Counted from the first letter of the stretch, positions 40,601 to 50,944 are shown. The stretch: 64,000 nucleotides of DNA from a virus (IMGVR_UViG_3300032292_000722:3043-67042); one strand, 5' to 3'. Program-made: numbers and translations. Notes: generated by a model from the letters alone, not told the origin.

Positions 40601-41732
40601 TAATAGTACCTCTCCCGCTGTCACTACCATTTACAGTTGCAAAAAATAACAACCCTGCTTGTTCATAATAAAATGCTGTTTCCCCAGTTGTTTGAGATAC
40701 AGCTAAGCTCATTTTAGTTTTATCATACCCTTCTAGTATTCCTGCATATAACAAAACATTACCATTTGCCAATTCCCCCGCATTTGCTCTTTGAGGAACC
40801 CAATCTTGCAATTGAGTACTTTCAATAACATCAATTTGTACATATATAGCATCATTATAAAACTTGAAATTATATATATCATTATCTGATATTACTAAAC
40901 CTTCTTTATCTAATGATTTAATTAAATACCAATCACTTGTTATACCATTTGTTGTTTCTCTAAATGAAATTTCAATAGCTTTTACATCTGGTCCACCAGT
41001 TGAAAAATTAACTGATATTCTTGCATTATTTGATGCAGTATTATCTGTTAATGATAATGATGGCTGCTGAGGTAATGGCACTATACTTTTTGAACTCCAT
41101 ACTGATTTTTCGTTATTATCATAAACATATCTATAGCAAAATTGAAATAATTTATTACGAAGATTGTTAATAGTAATTGTAGTGTCATTTTCATAAACTA
41201 CTTGAGGCGGCATAATTGGAGGAGCTTTTGCAACAAGCAAATATTCTAATTTCCAATTTGAACCATATATATTTTTAACATTTAAACTTTTGGGCGGATT
41301 ATAACCATCATTAAAAAATAAAATATCACCTTCAATATCTCTATAAAAAATATTTATTGATAAAACTTTATATGATGGATTAAAATTTAAAATATCAATA
41401 TTATTGCTATCTGTTTTACTTTTCAATACTGTAGTTATTGATTGACTATTTAAATCATAATATATGATTGAATTAAATCCACCACTATTCCATAAAAAAT
41501 AATATGCTCTATTTCTAACTTTATCAGCATAGAAACCAATAACCTTATTTGCACCTGTTGGTGCATTATAAGAAATTAAAGTATTACCAAGTATATTTGA
41601 TACTACTTTATCTTGACCTGCGCCTTGGGCATCTTTTGTTATGTTTGTAGCATCAATATAGTCGTTATTGCTTACTCTATATTCAGCATCGTCTAAATTT
41701 AACTTTCCACTAAAAGGAGTGTTTATTATCAT
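37641..41732 (-). CDS. Tail muzzle/stabilisation protein (N-terminal part) with a mucin-like C-terminal appendage
   Basis: GKLNLDD...DY.DA.N, LRNKLFQF.YRYVY, YDRTFG.I..L, Q..YAGDYGI; ends with TTTTAAP and Cys-rich modules. Confidence 0.75.
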   Translation of the reverse strand: MIINTPFSGKLNLDDAEYRVSNNDYIDATNITKDAQGAGQDKVVSNILGNTLISYNAPTGANKVIGFYADKVRNRAYYFLWNSGGFNSIIYYDLNSQSITTVLKSKTDSNNIDILNFNPSYKVLSINIFYRDIEGDILFFNDGYNPPKSLNVKNIYGSNWKLEYLLVAKAPPIMPPQVVYENDTTITINNLRNKLFQFCYRYVYDNNEKSVWSSKSIVPLPQQPSLSLTDNTASNNARISVNFSTGGPDVKAIEISFRETTNGITSDWYLIKSLDKEGLVISDNDIYNFKFYNDAIYVQIDVIESTQLQDWVPQRANAGELANGNVLLYAGILEGYDKTKMSLAVSQTTGETAFYYEQAGLLFFATVNGSDSGRGTIMNLYLYGTGTNGVDGNVTTLNNATGGYYINSFSSNLATDLSVSYSISTISNTHTVSSILNGISAAMAVKGYTQVGSIVGNKLTMSLASGFVLTSTAFKTFPIADSDNTRFANVWDSGYQYAIQYFDAQGRTIGAQTSAGGTINTPQRDISISSNGFPQIYLSIFNQPPLYAYYYQVLRSNNTTYNKRLCWVSESAYAGITNAVDNSRYLYIGIANIQVYNEAISSTQNVVSYNYTDGDRIKFIRRYDVENNAIVLPLQFDYEIVGTQASIEYNKIWDSGPVDNNTYTATGNFLKIRYPNNDIGVDFDFPGTANWQHYEILLYNYVTNASSDQRFFYEFGKQYGIGNPGTDSRFHCGLAKLSNGGTVVSVTNGDLFYRLRQVPYSDNYTFASTNWDVETIGANDIKTSSFPIPLTRIIENASYRIQTQANVYVSLTAGVAPTWATAGYFFWNKSNVEKVISITGTLNLKSDGTSTFSCYALVLTNLVPLTPKYTISLLPTEVNNLVQNIETQFEINKRFVVPANSKIWLVCTSQNDNNANNKVYISPMEFNFDIVKDKQIEIIESSFSDNINLITNSNGRPSVIDENAAQTYFPTVIRFGQAYQSNTNLNATNRFYYEDFDEYDRTFGDILRLHVRDRYLKVYQQFKVGNVPILTQIVKDVTGNPLQANSNQLINKIQYYAGDYGIGDAATSLAWNNFADYFVDNFRGVVCRLSQDGITPISIINKMNAFFVARTAAYRKDLNNRYNPDSIYTGDPCIYGVFDANTNKYIIALEEITRYNNCNYNGGTAYIIPPTTTTTTAAPTTSTTTVAPSTTTTTSAPVLRVGTSYTVLCAGGGSTIVAIVYTGGTNICNSVSISATSFNPLPAGRYYLYISTLGWVEYNKPGGIGTSLMNKVGAGCTACPAQTTTTTNPGYYYNVTRYACNTCTLLNVGLIGFSSTPLINNYYYNNGDGLGVYYVVSSTSIGTIDVNLNLSYGNATCNTACVV

Positions 41733-41735
41733 TTT

Positions 41736-42506
41736 TTATGCCTTAACAGTCATTCTTTGATTGTCTAAATTTTGTTCGTAAGCTTGCATTAAGTACAATG
41801 GCTTAAATTGAGCGTTAGCAATTCTTCTTTGATTATAAAATTCTTGCTTTCTATCTCTTTTGTCACCTAAGTTTCCTTTTCTAGTACTTGGCATAGATGC
41901 TATATCTCTCCAAGCTAAAAATGATAATAATGCCTCTCTAAATTGAATAGGTATTCTAAATGGTTCATCTGGGTTTCCGCTAGATAAATATTCTATCATC
42001 AAATAAGAATAATAAAAATATTGATTTAAAAGAACCACTCCATTAGAATCGTCTATATTAAATGAGCCTACAAATGGCGAACCACTTGGTAATCCATAAA
42101 TGTTTTGAAATCCATATCCATCCCAATAATTAAACCATAAAGGCATATCAGATTGATACCAAGTAGCTAATGTATTATCTTGAGTTAAAGCAAGTCTGTC
42201 TGGCTGCTGGTCTGCATAATAAGTCATTTTGTTATTAAACTTCAAAGGAATAATTTCACCTACCGAGTTTAATACGCCTATCTTAGTATAGCTAATGTAA
42301 TCATTAGGCAGTTGAGCAGTATAGTTTGTTGTATCAATTGGTATCTTAACCGTTCTGATTTTATAAAAAAAATCTAGGCCAAGCTTTTCCATGCCCCTTA
42401 CTGCTATATTATATAATTTAGCATATTTGTGGACTGATTGTTCACTTTCATCAATGTAATCATTGATTACTGAATCTATTGTTATATAATTTCTTGCTTG
42501 TGACAT
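41736..42506 (-). CDS. Tail ring / tubular protein
   Basis: LPNDYISYTK.G, YLSSG.....IP....EAL pattern; crAss-like synteny. Confidence 0.6.
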   Translation of the reverse strand: MSQARNYITIDSVINDYIDESEQSVHKYAKLYNIAVRGMEKLGLDFFYKIRTVKIPIDTTNYTAQLPNDYISYTKIGVLNSVGEIIPLKFNNKMTYYADQQPDRLALTQDNTLATWYQSDMPLWFNYWDGYGFQNIYGLPSGSPFVGSFNIDDSNGVVLLNQYFYYSYLMIEYLSSGNPDEPFRIPIQFREALLSFLAWRDIASMPSTRKGNLGDKRDRKQEFYNQRRIANAQFKPLYLMQAYEQNLDNQRMTVKA

Positions 42507-42508
42507 TT

Positions 42509-42781
42509 TTAATTATTTGTTGCGTAAGCTAATATATCATTATGACGAATTAAGAAATGCAGTTCATCGTTTAATAAAATGGCCTCCCCAGCTCCTTTGA
42601 TATGGAAAATAACATCATCTTTCTTTGCTTCCATTTTTACTTTAGCTGTGCCTTTTCCAGTAGAAACTACTTTAGCCTTACAGCTTCTCTCTATGTAGTT
42701 TTCAGGTAAAAATAACCCTCCCTCTGTAACACCTTCCGCCATAAATGGCTTTACTAAAACAAAATCTCTAATTGGTTTCAT
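42509..42781 (-). CDS. groES: Co-chaperonin GroES (Cpn10)
   Basis: MKPIRDFVLVKP...TEGGLFLP...KVVSTGKG...DILA. Confidence 0.85.
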   Translation of the reverse strand: MKPIRDFVLVKPFMAEGVTEGGLFLPENYIERSCKAKVVSTGKGTAKVKMEAKKDDVIFHIKGAGEAILLNDELHFLIRHNDILAYATNN

Positions 42782-42785
42782 ATTA

Positions 42786-43415
42786 TTAGTTGTTGTTATC
42801 TACGCCATCGTTTGATGTGTCTATTGGTCTTGACCTTTCAAAGGCTAACTGAGCTTTGATATACTCTACCATAATAGGCACATAATCATCTGGTATAATT
42901 AATGTTGAATTTAAATCGCTTGAATCACCACCACTAACCATTCTAACATTAGCTTTATAGGCAGTTAATGGTATTCCTGTACTCATATAAACCTCTTGAC
43001 CTTGTGGCCAATAAACTACTTTATTTTGAATTGGTCTTAATGTATCTTGATAACCTACTTGATTCATACTCAATGGCACTGCGCCAAAAGATGTTGGAGT
43101 TTTGCTATTGCTAAACTGCAATGTAGCTATTCCCTCATTTTTGCCTAATGCTACTGGTATTTGTGGTAAAGTAAATTTGAATGTAGTATTATCTACTTGT
43201 GTTATTGTCAAGCTAGAATAACTAGTATAAAATGAATTGTTTACATAAGCAACACCATCCATTTGAATACTATCTGTATAATTTTTTTTAGCAGCTACCC
43301 CAATGGCATCGTTAAGCCATTGATTAACTTGATTAAAAGTTATACTAGAGTCATCTGATGGTTGCCCATTATAGATTTGTCTTAATATTCTTTCTATAAA
43401 TGTTTTTCTAGTCAT
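42786..43415 (-). CDS. Ring / head-tail adaptor protein
   Basis: 209 aa, helical N-terminus, structural synteny. Confidence 0.55.
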   Translation of the reverse strand: MTRKTFIERILRQIYNGQPSDDSSITFNQVNQWLNDAIGVAAKKNYTDSIQMDGVAYVNNSFYTSYSSLTITQVDNTTFKFTLPQIPVALGKNEGIATLQFSNSKTPTSFGAVPLSMNQVGYQDTLRPIQNKVVYWPQGQEVYMSTGIPLTAYKANVRMVSGGDSSDLNSTLIIPDDYVPIMVEYIKAQLAFERSRPIDTSNDGVDNNN

Positions 43416-44080
43416 TATTGTCCTTGTTGAGTTACTTGATTAGCATATTGCTGTAGTTGCCCATCTTGCAAGTTTAACCCTATTAATTTTAATGCACGAG
43501 CTATTATTTCCAACAAATCTACATCAGCCCATACTGGTTGAACGCTTGACGCAGAATTATAAACAGGTCTACCACTTACTGTAGTATAAGCCCAAACTAT
43601 TGATGGAGCTTCCTTGATATAGTTCAAGGTAACAGTTCCAATTGTTATTGGATAAAATTGAAATCCAGTACTAGTAATCATATAAATAGGATTAGTAGCT
43701 ACGGGGTCAATTGTGCTATTATAATAAGAATATAAGCTATCTTGTTGAGTATATCTAACTCTTTGTAATGTAGATGTCAATAAACTATCAGCCTGAAGAT
43801 AATCGCCCGGATAAACTACCGCACCAGTGCCAGCATTGACTGCAAGTGATGCAGTTGCAAGCAAAGGAGTAAGTCTTTGTCTTATATTTTGATTTTGACT
43901 ATAATTAATTCTAGCTTGTGGTCTTCCGGGTTGGTATTGCTGAAACTCTCCTAATAAATAATCTTGATATGAAACCTGTGCTTGATTTATAGTCAGATTA
44001 AATTCTGATGGAGTTAAATAGCCATTTTGCGCTTTATTAATTGCAAATTGGCATATCTGATACATATCATTAACATTCAT
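43415..44080 (-). CDS. Ring / head-tail connector protein
   Basis: INKAQNGYLTPSEFN..INQAQ, NYIK.P....WAY; probable start MNVND at 44080. Confidence 0.65.
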   Translation of the reverse strand: MNVNDMYQICQFAINKAQNGYLTPSEFNLTINQAQVSYQDYLLGEFQQYQPGRPQARINYSQNQNIRQRLTPLLATASLAVNAGTGAVVYPGDYLQADSLLTSTLQRVRYTQQDSLYSYYNSTIDPVATNPIYMITSTGFQFYPITIGTVTLNYIKEAPSIVWAYTTVSGRPVYNSASSVQPVWADVDLLEIIARALKLIGLNLQDGQLQQYANQVTQQGQ

Positions 44081-44097
44081 TGAAATAAGTTGTACAA

Positions 44098-44105
44098 CAA
44101 ATATA
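44098..44105 (-). promoter_or_regulatory. -7 box TATATTTG
   Basis: CAAATATA 18 nt upstream of 44080. Confidence 0.6.
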
Positions 44106-44117
44106 CGAAAAAGATAC

Positions 44118-44152
44118 AAAAAAGCCCCGTAATTTTTAGGTTACAGGGCTTC
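44118..44152 (-). terminator. Intrinsic terminator
   Basis: Minus strand AAGCCCTGTAA/TTACGGGGCTT stem followed by a T tract. Confidence 0.7.
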
Positions 44153-44173
44153 TTTTATTTAGAGGGGGAAAGA

Positions 44174-45067
44174 TTACATCAATTTCTTTAATTGCTCTAA
44201 AAAGGCCTTACTTTCATCTTGAGGGTACATTGCAAATTCGACTAAATAATTTTGCGGTTTTTTGTCAGATGGTATCTTACAAATATAACCTCCATTATTT
44301 GACCAATAAGCTGAACCTCTTTTTGTAGTAGTGTCAATTTTATTATCAATTAAAGCTTTTTTAACTATAAATGCTATTTCAACTTCTTTAGAACCAGCGC
44401 TTTGCATAAACTTATTAGGTTGAGCTTCAGCGTAAAGTTCGTAGTCATTTCTTAATGCATCCATTGATTTAGGCATTCCTAATTCATCCGTAAATGCAAT
44501 TCCCAAGAAATTAGAGTGCTTACGCATTTCTTCCTCGCTTGCCAATGAAGCGTATTTAATTGCTTCAACTTTAGCGACTCTTTTAGCTCTTTCAAGCTCT
44601 GCTGTTCTTTGTGGATTCCATTGAAAGAATGTAATTTTTCTAGTACCTTTTTTGTTAGGATTATCTAGATTAGCGTTACATAGATTTAAAAACTCAAGAG
44701 CTTCTACGTCATATTCAGCTACTCTTAATACTCTTCTGTCAAAAATTAAGCTTCTTCTGTTTTGTTCAACGAATGATTTTTCAAGTCCTTTTTGGTCTTC
44801 TACCCAAATACTTGGATAACCTCTCAAAAGTCTTATTCTTTCCATTCTACCTTTCTTTTCATTCCAAACATCGTCAATACCTTCCATATGGTATCTACCA
44901 TTTTTCTTGGTATCTGACAATTTGAAAATCTTGAAAGTTGTTGCTGTATTAGATGAAAAGGATTCCTGCATAGCTTGTGCAGCCTCATCATTTTGTCTTT
45001 GTACTTTTACTTCACCTTGTTGTGAATAGTTAGCATCTGCTAAACCTACTGCCTTTAAACGAGCCAT
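44174..45067 (-). CDS. Conserved head-module protein downstream of the capsid gene
   Basis: 297 aa, crAss-like synteny. Confidence 0.6.
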   Translation of the reverse strand: MARLKAVGLADANYSQQGEVKVQRQNDEAAQAMQESFSSNTATTFKIFKLSDTKKNGRYHMEGIDDVWNEKKGRMERIRLLRGYPSIWVEDQKGLEKSFVEQNRRSLIFDRRVLRVAEYDVEALEFLNLCNANLDNPNKKGTRKITFFQWNPQRTAELERAKRVAKVEAIKYASLASEEEMRKHSNFLGIAFTDELGMPKSMDALRNDYELYAEAQPNKFMQSAGSKEVEIAFIVKKALIDNKIDTTTKRGSAYWSNNGGYICKIPSDKKPQNYLVEFAMYPQDESKAFLEQLKKLM

Positions 45068-45089
45068 AAATGGTTATTTTTTAATGTTT

Positions 45090-45126
45090 AAAAAAGGTAG
45101 GAGCAATCAATAAAGTTGCCCCTACC
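45090..45126 (-). terminator. Intrinsic terminator after the major capsid gene
   Basis: Minus strand GGTAGGGGCAA/TTGCTCCTACC stem followed by T6. Confidence 0.75.
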
Positions 45127-45145
45127 CGATTATTTTGGTAACAAA

Positions 45146-46558
45146 TTAGTTACCTTGAACGATGATAAATTGGTTTGCTGCACAAACACGAGTACCTCTG
45201 TAGGTAATCATCGCGATTTGATTAGTCATTGTACCATCTGTAGGGTTTGGAGAACCACCACCATATTGCCATACGCGAATACCGTTACCAACAGTACCAC
45301 CTTGAGGAGGTTGTTGATACATAATAGTGATATTCTTGTAAACTTGAGCGGTTTTCGCATCCTTAGTTTCACCCATTGGATAGATTAATCCGAAATTACG
45401 GAAGTAATCTACATTTGGAGTTAAACCAGTAGTAACCTCAGTGTTGAATTGAGCGTACTTCTTTACAGATAATAAATATCCATCGATGAAGATTTCTTGG
45501 AAACCATAAGCAACAGAAGCCTCTTTTGACTTCTCGCCTTGTCCATAAACGAAAGCACCAGCTGGGTAAGCAGCGAAGATACCATCAGAGAAATCTTGTC
45601 TTTGGAAGATGTCAGTTAACCAAGCAGATTGCTTAGCACAACCATTAACGTCCATGATACGAGTAATCTCATGTAATTTAGCGATATCTAATGTACCCGG
45701 AGTGTAACCAACAGTTTCACCGTCAGCAACAACTTTAGGAATGATACCTACTGAACCTTGAGAGTTAGAATCAATTGCGCTGTTATTTTGTAAATTACCA
45801 CGCATTAATTTTGCTTCTACGTTGTTTTTGAAACGAACAAGAGTCTTATACATACCTTTGTAAGTAAACGCAGTAACGCCATTTTGAGCCATATCTGGAG
45901 ATACAGGGAACTCATAATATGTTTCAGCCATTTGCGCTAAGTCGGTGTTAGACCAACCATCACGAATTTCTGTTACATAGTTATCATATCTTTCGTCCAA
46001 TTGGATTAAAGGATTGATAGCTTGAGAAGCTTCACCAGCATCTGCGTCACCACCGAATAATAAAACCTCACCAGCTAATAATGAACCAGAACCAGCTGAT
46101 TGGAAGCCTTGAGTAGTTTGCTTAGGAGCAACTACAAAAGTGAATGCATTAGGAACAGAATCATCGATACTTACGATAACACCCTCAATGTTTGAAGATG
46201 CAACACGCAAAGTTTCATTAACTCTTAAAGGAGATTGAGTACCATTGTTATAGTAAGCTTCTTGTCCTAAAGTTAATGTAACAGAAGCGCCAGCTGCAGC
46301 AGCAACTGTGCTATTGTTTGTAACACCCGGCATTAATTTACCGCGGTTTTCAAACCAGAAGTAGTTTAAGTTTTTAACTTCTTCCATGCCGCTATGAGCA
46401 GCTAACCACCATGTAAAATCTTCATTGCCATACTTTTGAGTGTATTGCTTGTAGTACTGTGGAGTTAATAATTGTAGGTCAACCATAAGTTGCCTATTCT
46501 GGGTTTGCAACGAGATTGAACCCGGCTGCAAAATATTTGAGGTAGGTATTCCTGCCAT
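45146..46558 (-). CDS. Major capsid protein
   Basis: 470 aa after the scaffold, biased codon usage, own terminator, crAss-like pattern. Confidence 0.8.
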   Translation of the reverse strand: MAGIPTSNILQPGSISLQTQNRQLMVDLQLLTPQYYKQYTQKYGNEDFTWWLAAHSGMEEVKNLNYFWFENRGKLMPGVTNNSTVAAAAGASVTLTLGQEAYYNNGTQSPLRVNETLRVASSNIEGVIVSIDDSVPNAFTFVVAPKQTTQGFQSAGSGSLLAGEVLLFGGDADAGEASQAINPLIQLDERYDNYVTEIRDGWSNTDLAQMAETYYEFPVSPDMAQNGVTAFTYKGMYKTLVRFKNNVEAKLMRGNLQNNSAIDSNSQGSVGIIPKVVADGETVGYTPGTLDIAKLHEITRIMDVNGCAKQSAWLTDIFQRQDFSDGIFAAYPAGAFVYGQGEKSKEASVAYGFQEIFIDGYLLSVKKYAQFNTEVTTGLTPNVDYFRNFGLIYPMGETKDAKTAQVYKNITIMYQQPPQGGTVGNGIRVWQYGGGSPNPTDGTMTNQIAMITYRGTRVCAANQFIIVQGN

Positions 46559-46608
46559 GATATTTAGTTTTTATTTTTTTTGCGCCTCCTCCAAAGGCAA
46601 ATATCAAG

Positions 46609-47769
46609 TTACGAACTAAAAGCCCATTCTGCCATTCTTAGCCTTTCAGCTTCGGTGCCATTTAGGTCTGGTTTCGCTCCTTGAGGAGTGGGGCTTTGGT
46701 TGATATTTATATTCCCGTTTTTCTTTAAATGAGCCAACAATCTTTGAGATGCTGCTTCATTTGCTATTTTTGAGAAGATTTTTTCACGATTCTCAAGCAG
46801 ATATTTATCTGCCATTATTTGTTGAACTTTTGGTTTGCCATCCTCGGAGAACCATCTATTCTCAAAATATGAGTCACTATCAAAATCCGTCAAATCATTC
46901 TTCATTGCCAATCTTTCATCTTCAGCCACATTAAATGAAATCGGTATTTCGACATCCTCGTCTTTTACCGAAACATTGAATCCACTAAAGGATTGGAAAT
47001 CAGAATCAAGTGTTTTTTCATAAATCGACCTTGCTTGTTGCATAATCTCAAATTCCTCTTGAGATTCAGCTTCTCTTCCAGCCTCATTATAAATATCAGG
47101 TAACTTTATTTCACTTTTTAATTTTTCCAGCTCTGGTCTAATCACTTTCGCTTCAATCATCAATTTTCGTTCTGCGTAATCTACTTGCGATTGCCATGTT
47201 TTTACTTTCCCAGCATAATCCTCATCAGATTCATCATAACCTTGTTCAGGCTTTAAAGGTACGAAATGTTGGTCATAAAACAAAAGCTCAACATCATCTG
47301 CTGATAAGTCTTTGTATTTATTCTTAATATTCGTTTTAACAATTTCAGCAGCCAAGTCTGGCGTTAATTCTGAACTCGTTAATTTTTCTAACCTTTTTTG
47401 CTGATTTAAGATTTCATAAACATCATCAGCTTTGCCTTCTCTAATGGCATCGAATAACGACTTGCTTACATCATCTTTAAATTCAAAACTTGGCTGTTCT
47501 TTGAGTTTCTTAAACTCTTGTTCAGCTTGCTCTACGCTATCATAACCAAATCTTTCTTTTACAAATTGATTTGAGTCAAATGATTGAGTAGATACTGCTT
47601 CCTCTACTTTTGTTTCCTCTTGTGGAGGAGGAGCTGCTTGTGCTAACTCATTTGGTGCAGTAGGGGCTACTTCTACTTGCTGTTGCACTTGTGGTGCATT
47701 TTCATCCGAAAACGGATTGTAACCTTCTGCCAGCGTAATTGGCGCTGACATGTCTGTATTATCTGGCAT
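46609..47769 (-). CDS. Scaffolding-like acidic protein
   Basis: Acidic, coiled coil, between portal and capsid genes. Confidence 0.7.
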   Translation of the reverse strand: MPDNTDMSAPITLAEGYNPFSDENAPQVQQQVEVAPTAPNELAQAAPPPQEETKVEEAVSTQSFDSNQFVKERFGYDSVEQAEQEFKKLKEQPSFEFKDDVSKSLFDAIREGKADDVYEILNQQKRLEKLTSSELTPDLAAEIVKTNIKNKYKDLSADDVELLFYDQHFVPLKPEQGYDESDEDYAGKVKTWQSQVDYAERKLMIEAKVIRPELEKLKSEIKLPDIYNEAGREAESQEEFEIMQQARSIYEKTLDSDFQSFSGFNVSVKDEDVEIPISFNVAEDERLAMKNDLTDFDSDSYFENRWFSEDGKPKVQQIMADKYLLENREKIFSKIANEAASQRLLAHLKKNGNININQSPTPQGAKPDLNGTEAERLRMAEWAFSS

Positions 47770-47794
47770 AAATGCTTATTTGGTTTCTATTTTA

Positions 47795-48061
47795 TTAGTC
47801 TATAACTATAGTACCACTATTGTTAATGGTAATTACATAATCAACTGTTGTATCAGTTAATAAATGTACGCCATACCAATTTGTCCCGTCACCGTAAATT
47901 GGCTGCTTTGACTTGCTGCTACTAAATAATTTATTAGCAGTAGTCAGGGTGGATGTTGTAGCGTAAACTATTTGTGTCCCTTGTGATGTTGCGACATAAC
48001 CTGCTTCGCTTGCTGTTGGGTATGTATTTTTTGATAATACATATGCTATTAAATTTGCCAT
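47795..48061 (-). CDS. Small beta-rich virion protein
   Basis: 88 aa, Thr/Ser-rich, in the head module. Confidence 0.6.
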   Translation of the reverse strand: MANLIAYVLSKNTYPTASEAGYVATSQGTQIVYATTSTLTTANKLFSSSKSKQPIYGDGTNWYGVHLLTDTTVDYVITINNSGTIVID

Positions 48062-48080
48062 TTTTTATCTTTTTTAAATA

Positions 48081-48485
48081 TTAAGGTGCTGCTGTTGTTG
48101 TGGTAGTAGGCGCTGCCGTTGTCGTTGTTGTTGTATTACCTTGTAATAACAAATATTTACCAATAATACCAAATTCAACAATACCAGCTGCTGCAATAGA
48201 TGAAACATCTGTTTTTGTTGATAAATTTACCCCTAAAACTGTAACCCAGTTAATTGGAACTTCTGGCGCAGGTGATAATTGCCCTGTAATAGAACCATCA
48301 TCGTTAGTAGTGCTGAAACTAACTGTTCCAGATGTACCCACAAATTGTACTACCGCAGAATCCCATCCAGATAAATCTTGGTAAAAATTATTATTAGCAT
48401 TAAAAGAATCTGTTGCATCTACAACTGTGCTAATTTTTGAACTAAATTTCTGTAGTCTTATTAAAAGTTTACTTACCGTTGCCAT
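48081..48485 (-). CDS. Beta-sandwich virion protein with a TTTTAAP tail
   Basis: C-terminus GNTTTTTTAAPTTTTTAAP. Confidence 0.7.
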   Translation of the reverse strand: MATVSKLLIRLQKFSSKISTVVDATDSFNANNNFYQDLSGWDSAVVQFVGTSGTVSFSTTNDDGSITGQLSPAPEVPINWVTVLGVNLSTKTDVSSIAAAGIVEFGIIGKYLLLQGNTTTTTTAAPTTTTTAAP

Positions 48486-48507
48486 TTTATTTATTTTTTA
48501 TTTTATT

Positions 48508-50889
48508 TTATTGTTGTTGCATTTGTTGTTGTTCCATCATCATTTGCTCGTCTTCTGGCGAGCCTTGTTGATTTCCCATTTGTTGTTGTTCCATTTGTTG
48601 TTGTTCTAGCGCTTGTTGTCTTTGCTGATTTTGAACTGCTATCGGAATTTCAACATTTTGTAACATATCGCTAATTAATTGCTGTAACTCAACAGGGACT
48701 GGTATATTAGCTTTAGCTAAATCAAACATGCCCTGTAAAACAATTTGTTTTTCTTTTCCAAAATTAGTCTTTTCAAGTAATACCGCATCACCTTGAGCTT
48801 TAGCTTGCATACTTGCTTGTTGAATTTCAGCGTTTTGTTCGCTATTTGCTTGAGCTTTTTCTTGCTCTGTTTTTATATATCTTTTTTGAGCTTGTCTAAA
48901 ATATAGCTCAGCTAATGGTACATTTTCTTTTGCAATTCTCATTGCTTTGAAAGGGTCTAAATATATTATTAATTGAGGGTTTGATGCAATAGCATTATTC
49001 ATCATAGCTTGCAAATTTGCTATCTCTACTTCTGTTGGTAACATTCTTACTGTTGCAACAAAATTCCTATCTTTTACATCTTCTTGTTTTAACAAATCTC
49101 TATATCTTTTAGCGCCATATGTTACGCTTTTATTCAATAAACAAGCTATTTTTTTACAGCTTTCTTCCATTACATAAATATATGCGTCATACATATATTC
49201 AGTAGCATTATTAGCTAAAACTCTTGAAGCCTCAATATTTGATGCAGCAACTCTTGGCTGTGCAGCTTGATTCATTAAATTAGGGTCTTCCCCTAACTCA
49301 TCTTTTAGTACTTGATAATGGAATTGGTATAATTGAATTAAAGCTTGCAATTGTGGTGCAAAACCAGTATTAGCTAATTCTGTAATTGGCACTGGTATTC
49401 TATTACCCTCAGCATCTCTACCGCGATAATATAGCTTACCAGTTTGCTCCCATATTTTTTGAACTTCTAATGGTTTTACAGAATCGCCTAAGCCCAAATC
49501 AAGTTCTTGCAATGCGTCAACATCAATTGAAGCGCCCGCTGGTACCATCTTAGCTACCATTTGTTGTATCTTCAATCTAGCTAAAATCATTTGCTCAATA
49601 GGCTCTTCTATTTTTTCAGGTACAGCCACATTACGCATATCGTATGGGTCGTACATATAAAAACTATATGAAAATTCTGCGTTACCAATTTCTTTAGGGT
49701 CTTGAGGACGAATCATATTTTTCTTGATTCCCCAATGAATCATTTTTTGAGTAACAGGACAATATACGCCTTCGTATATATTCCATTTTTTTTCTTCTAA
49801 ATATTCTTGATTTTCATCAATTTTTTCAGGTTTGCCTTTTCTTATAATAGTGCTACCATTCTTTTTAGTTTTGGTAACTGTATATCCATCAGAATCTAAT
49901 GTTTTAATTTCAAATTTCATTAAATCAATGTTCCATTCATCATAAGGTCTTAACCAAGAAACATTCCAATCTTGCATCCACTTAATCTTATCTGTTAATT
50001 GGTATTCCTTACATGACTGAGCTAACATAAATATATCTTCTTCAGATAATGTACCGCCTGCTGCAATGCTATATCTAGCTCTTATTTCACTTATTTTCAT
50101 AGACAAAATATGTCCACGATATGTTGTATCTCTAAAATCAGGAAAATCAGAATATGAGTAAATTGCATTTTCTGGACGAATCCATTGAACATGAACTTCT
50201 CCTTCTTCATCCATCCAAGTATATGTACACACTAATCCAACTTCTGCTGAATCATGTAATAATCTTTGTTTTAAAACATCGTTCCACCCATTAGCTTCTA
50301 ATACATTATTGCATCCGATGCTATATTGTATTTCTTCTGGTAAATGATTAAATTCAGAAATCCATTGGTCTAATTCGTCTTTATCTTCTGCTACAAATTG
50401 GTCTTTGGGTATAATTGGAATACCTGACGCTTGCTGTAACATTGCAAGAGTTTCTTTATTTTGATATATAAACTCAACTTCATCAGCTGCATTTTTTTTC
50501 AACATTGCTGATGCGCTATCTGTTGCAACAACTGTAACTTTTTCTTTTCTACTCATCCATGAACCAACTAATCTTGCAACAATTGTATTACCAATAATAA
50601 TTGATTTCCAATTTATATTTACAAAGTTAGCTTTGCTGTTCATTTCCAAACGGTCCATAAACACACTCATGTCTATTTTACCATTTGCAATTTGTCTATT
50701 TTTTCTAAATCTATTATTTCTTAACCAAAAATATGTTTGGTTACCGTATATTGTAGAGTAGATGCTTTGCGCAACATTTTTACCGTACATGTAATCTTTC
50801 TTAGAAGATACATCGGTAGTAATTTGAAACTTTTTTAAAGCTTCTCCATTACTATTTGCTGCTGATATTGATAAAGGACTATCTGCCAA
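48508..50889 (-). CDS. Portal protein (TTG start)
   Basis: 793 aa directly after the terminase, Gln-rich C-terminal barrel. Confidence 0.8.
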   Translation of the reverse strand: MADSPLSISAANSNGEALKKFQITTDVSSKKDYMYGKNVAQSIYSTIYGNQTYFWLRNNRFRKNRQIANGKIDMSVFMDRLEMNSKANFVNINWKSIIIGNTIVARLVGSWMSRKEKVTVVATDSASAMLKKNAADEVEFIYQNKETLAMLQQASGIPIIPKDQFVAEDKDELDQWISEFNHLPEEIQYSIGCNNVLEANGWNDVLKQRLLHDSAEVGLVCTYTWMDEEGEVHVQWIRPENAIYSYSDFPDFRDTTYRGHILSMKISEIRARYSIAAGGTLSEEDIFMLAQSCKEYQLTDKIKWMQDWNVSWLRPYDEWNIDLMKFEIKTLDSDGYTVTKTKKNGSTIIRKGKPEKIDENQEYLEEKKWNIYEGVYCPVTQKMIHWGIKKNMIRPQDPKEIGNAEFSYSFYMYDPYDMRNVAVPEKIEEPIEQMILARLKIQQMVAKMVPAGASIDVDALQELDLGLGDSVKPLEVQKIWEQTGKLYYRGRDAEGNRIPVPITELANTGFAPQLQALIQLYQFHYQVLKDELGEDPNLMNQAAQPRVAASNIEASRVLANNATEYMYDAYIYVMEESCKKIACLLNKSVTYGAKRYRDLLKQEDVKDRNFVATVRMLPTEVEIANLQAMMNNAIASNPQLIIYLDPFKAMRIAKENVPLAELYFRQAQKRYIKTEQEKAQANSEQNAEIQQASMQAKAQGDAVLLEKTNFGKEKQIVLQGMFDLAKANIPVPVELQQLISDMLQNVEIPIAVQNQQRQQALEQQQMEQQQMGNQQGSPEDEQMMMEQQQMQQQ

Positions 50890-50906
50890 TTGAGTGTATT
50901 TTGTGT

Positions 50907-50914
50907 CAAATATA
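50907..50914 (-). promoter_or_regulatory. -7 box TATATTTG
   Basis: CAAATATA upstream of the portal gene. Confidence 0.6.
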
Positions 50915-50944
50915 CTAAATATTAAGAATTTAGTAAAATTTTAA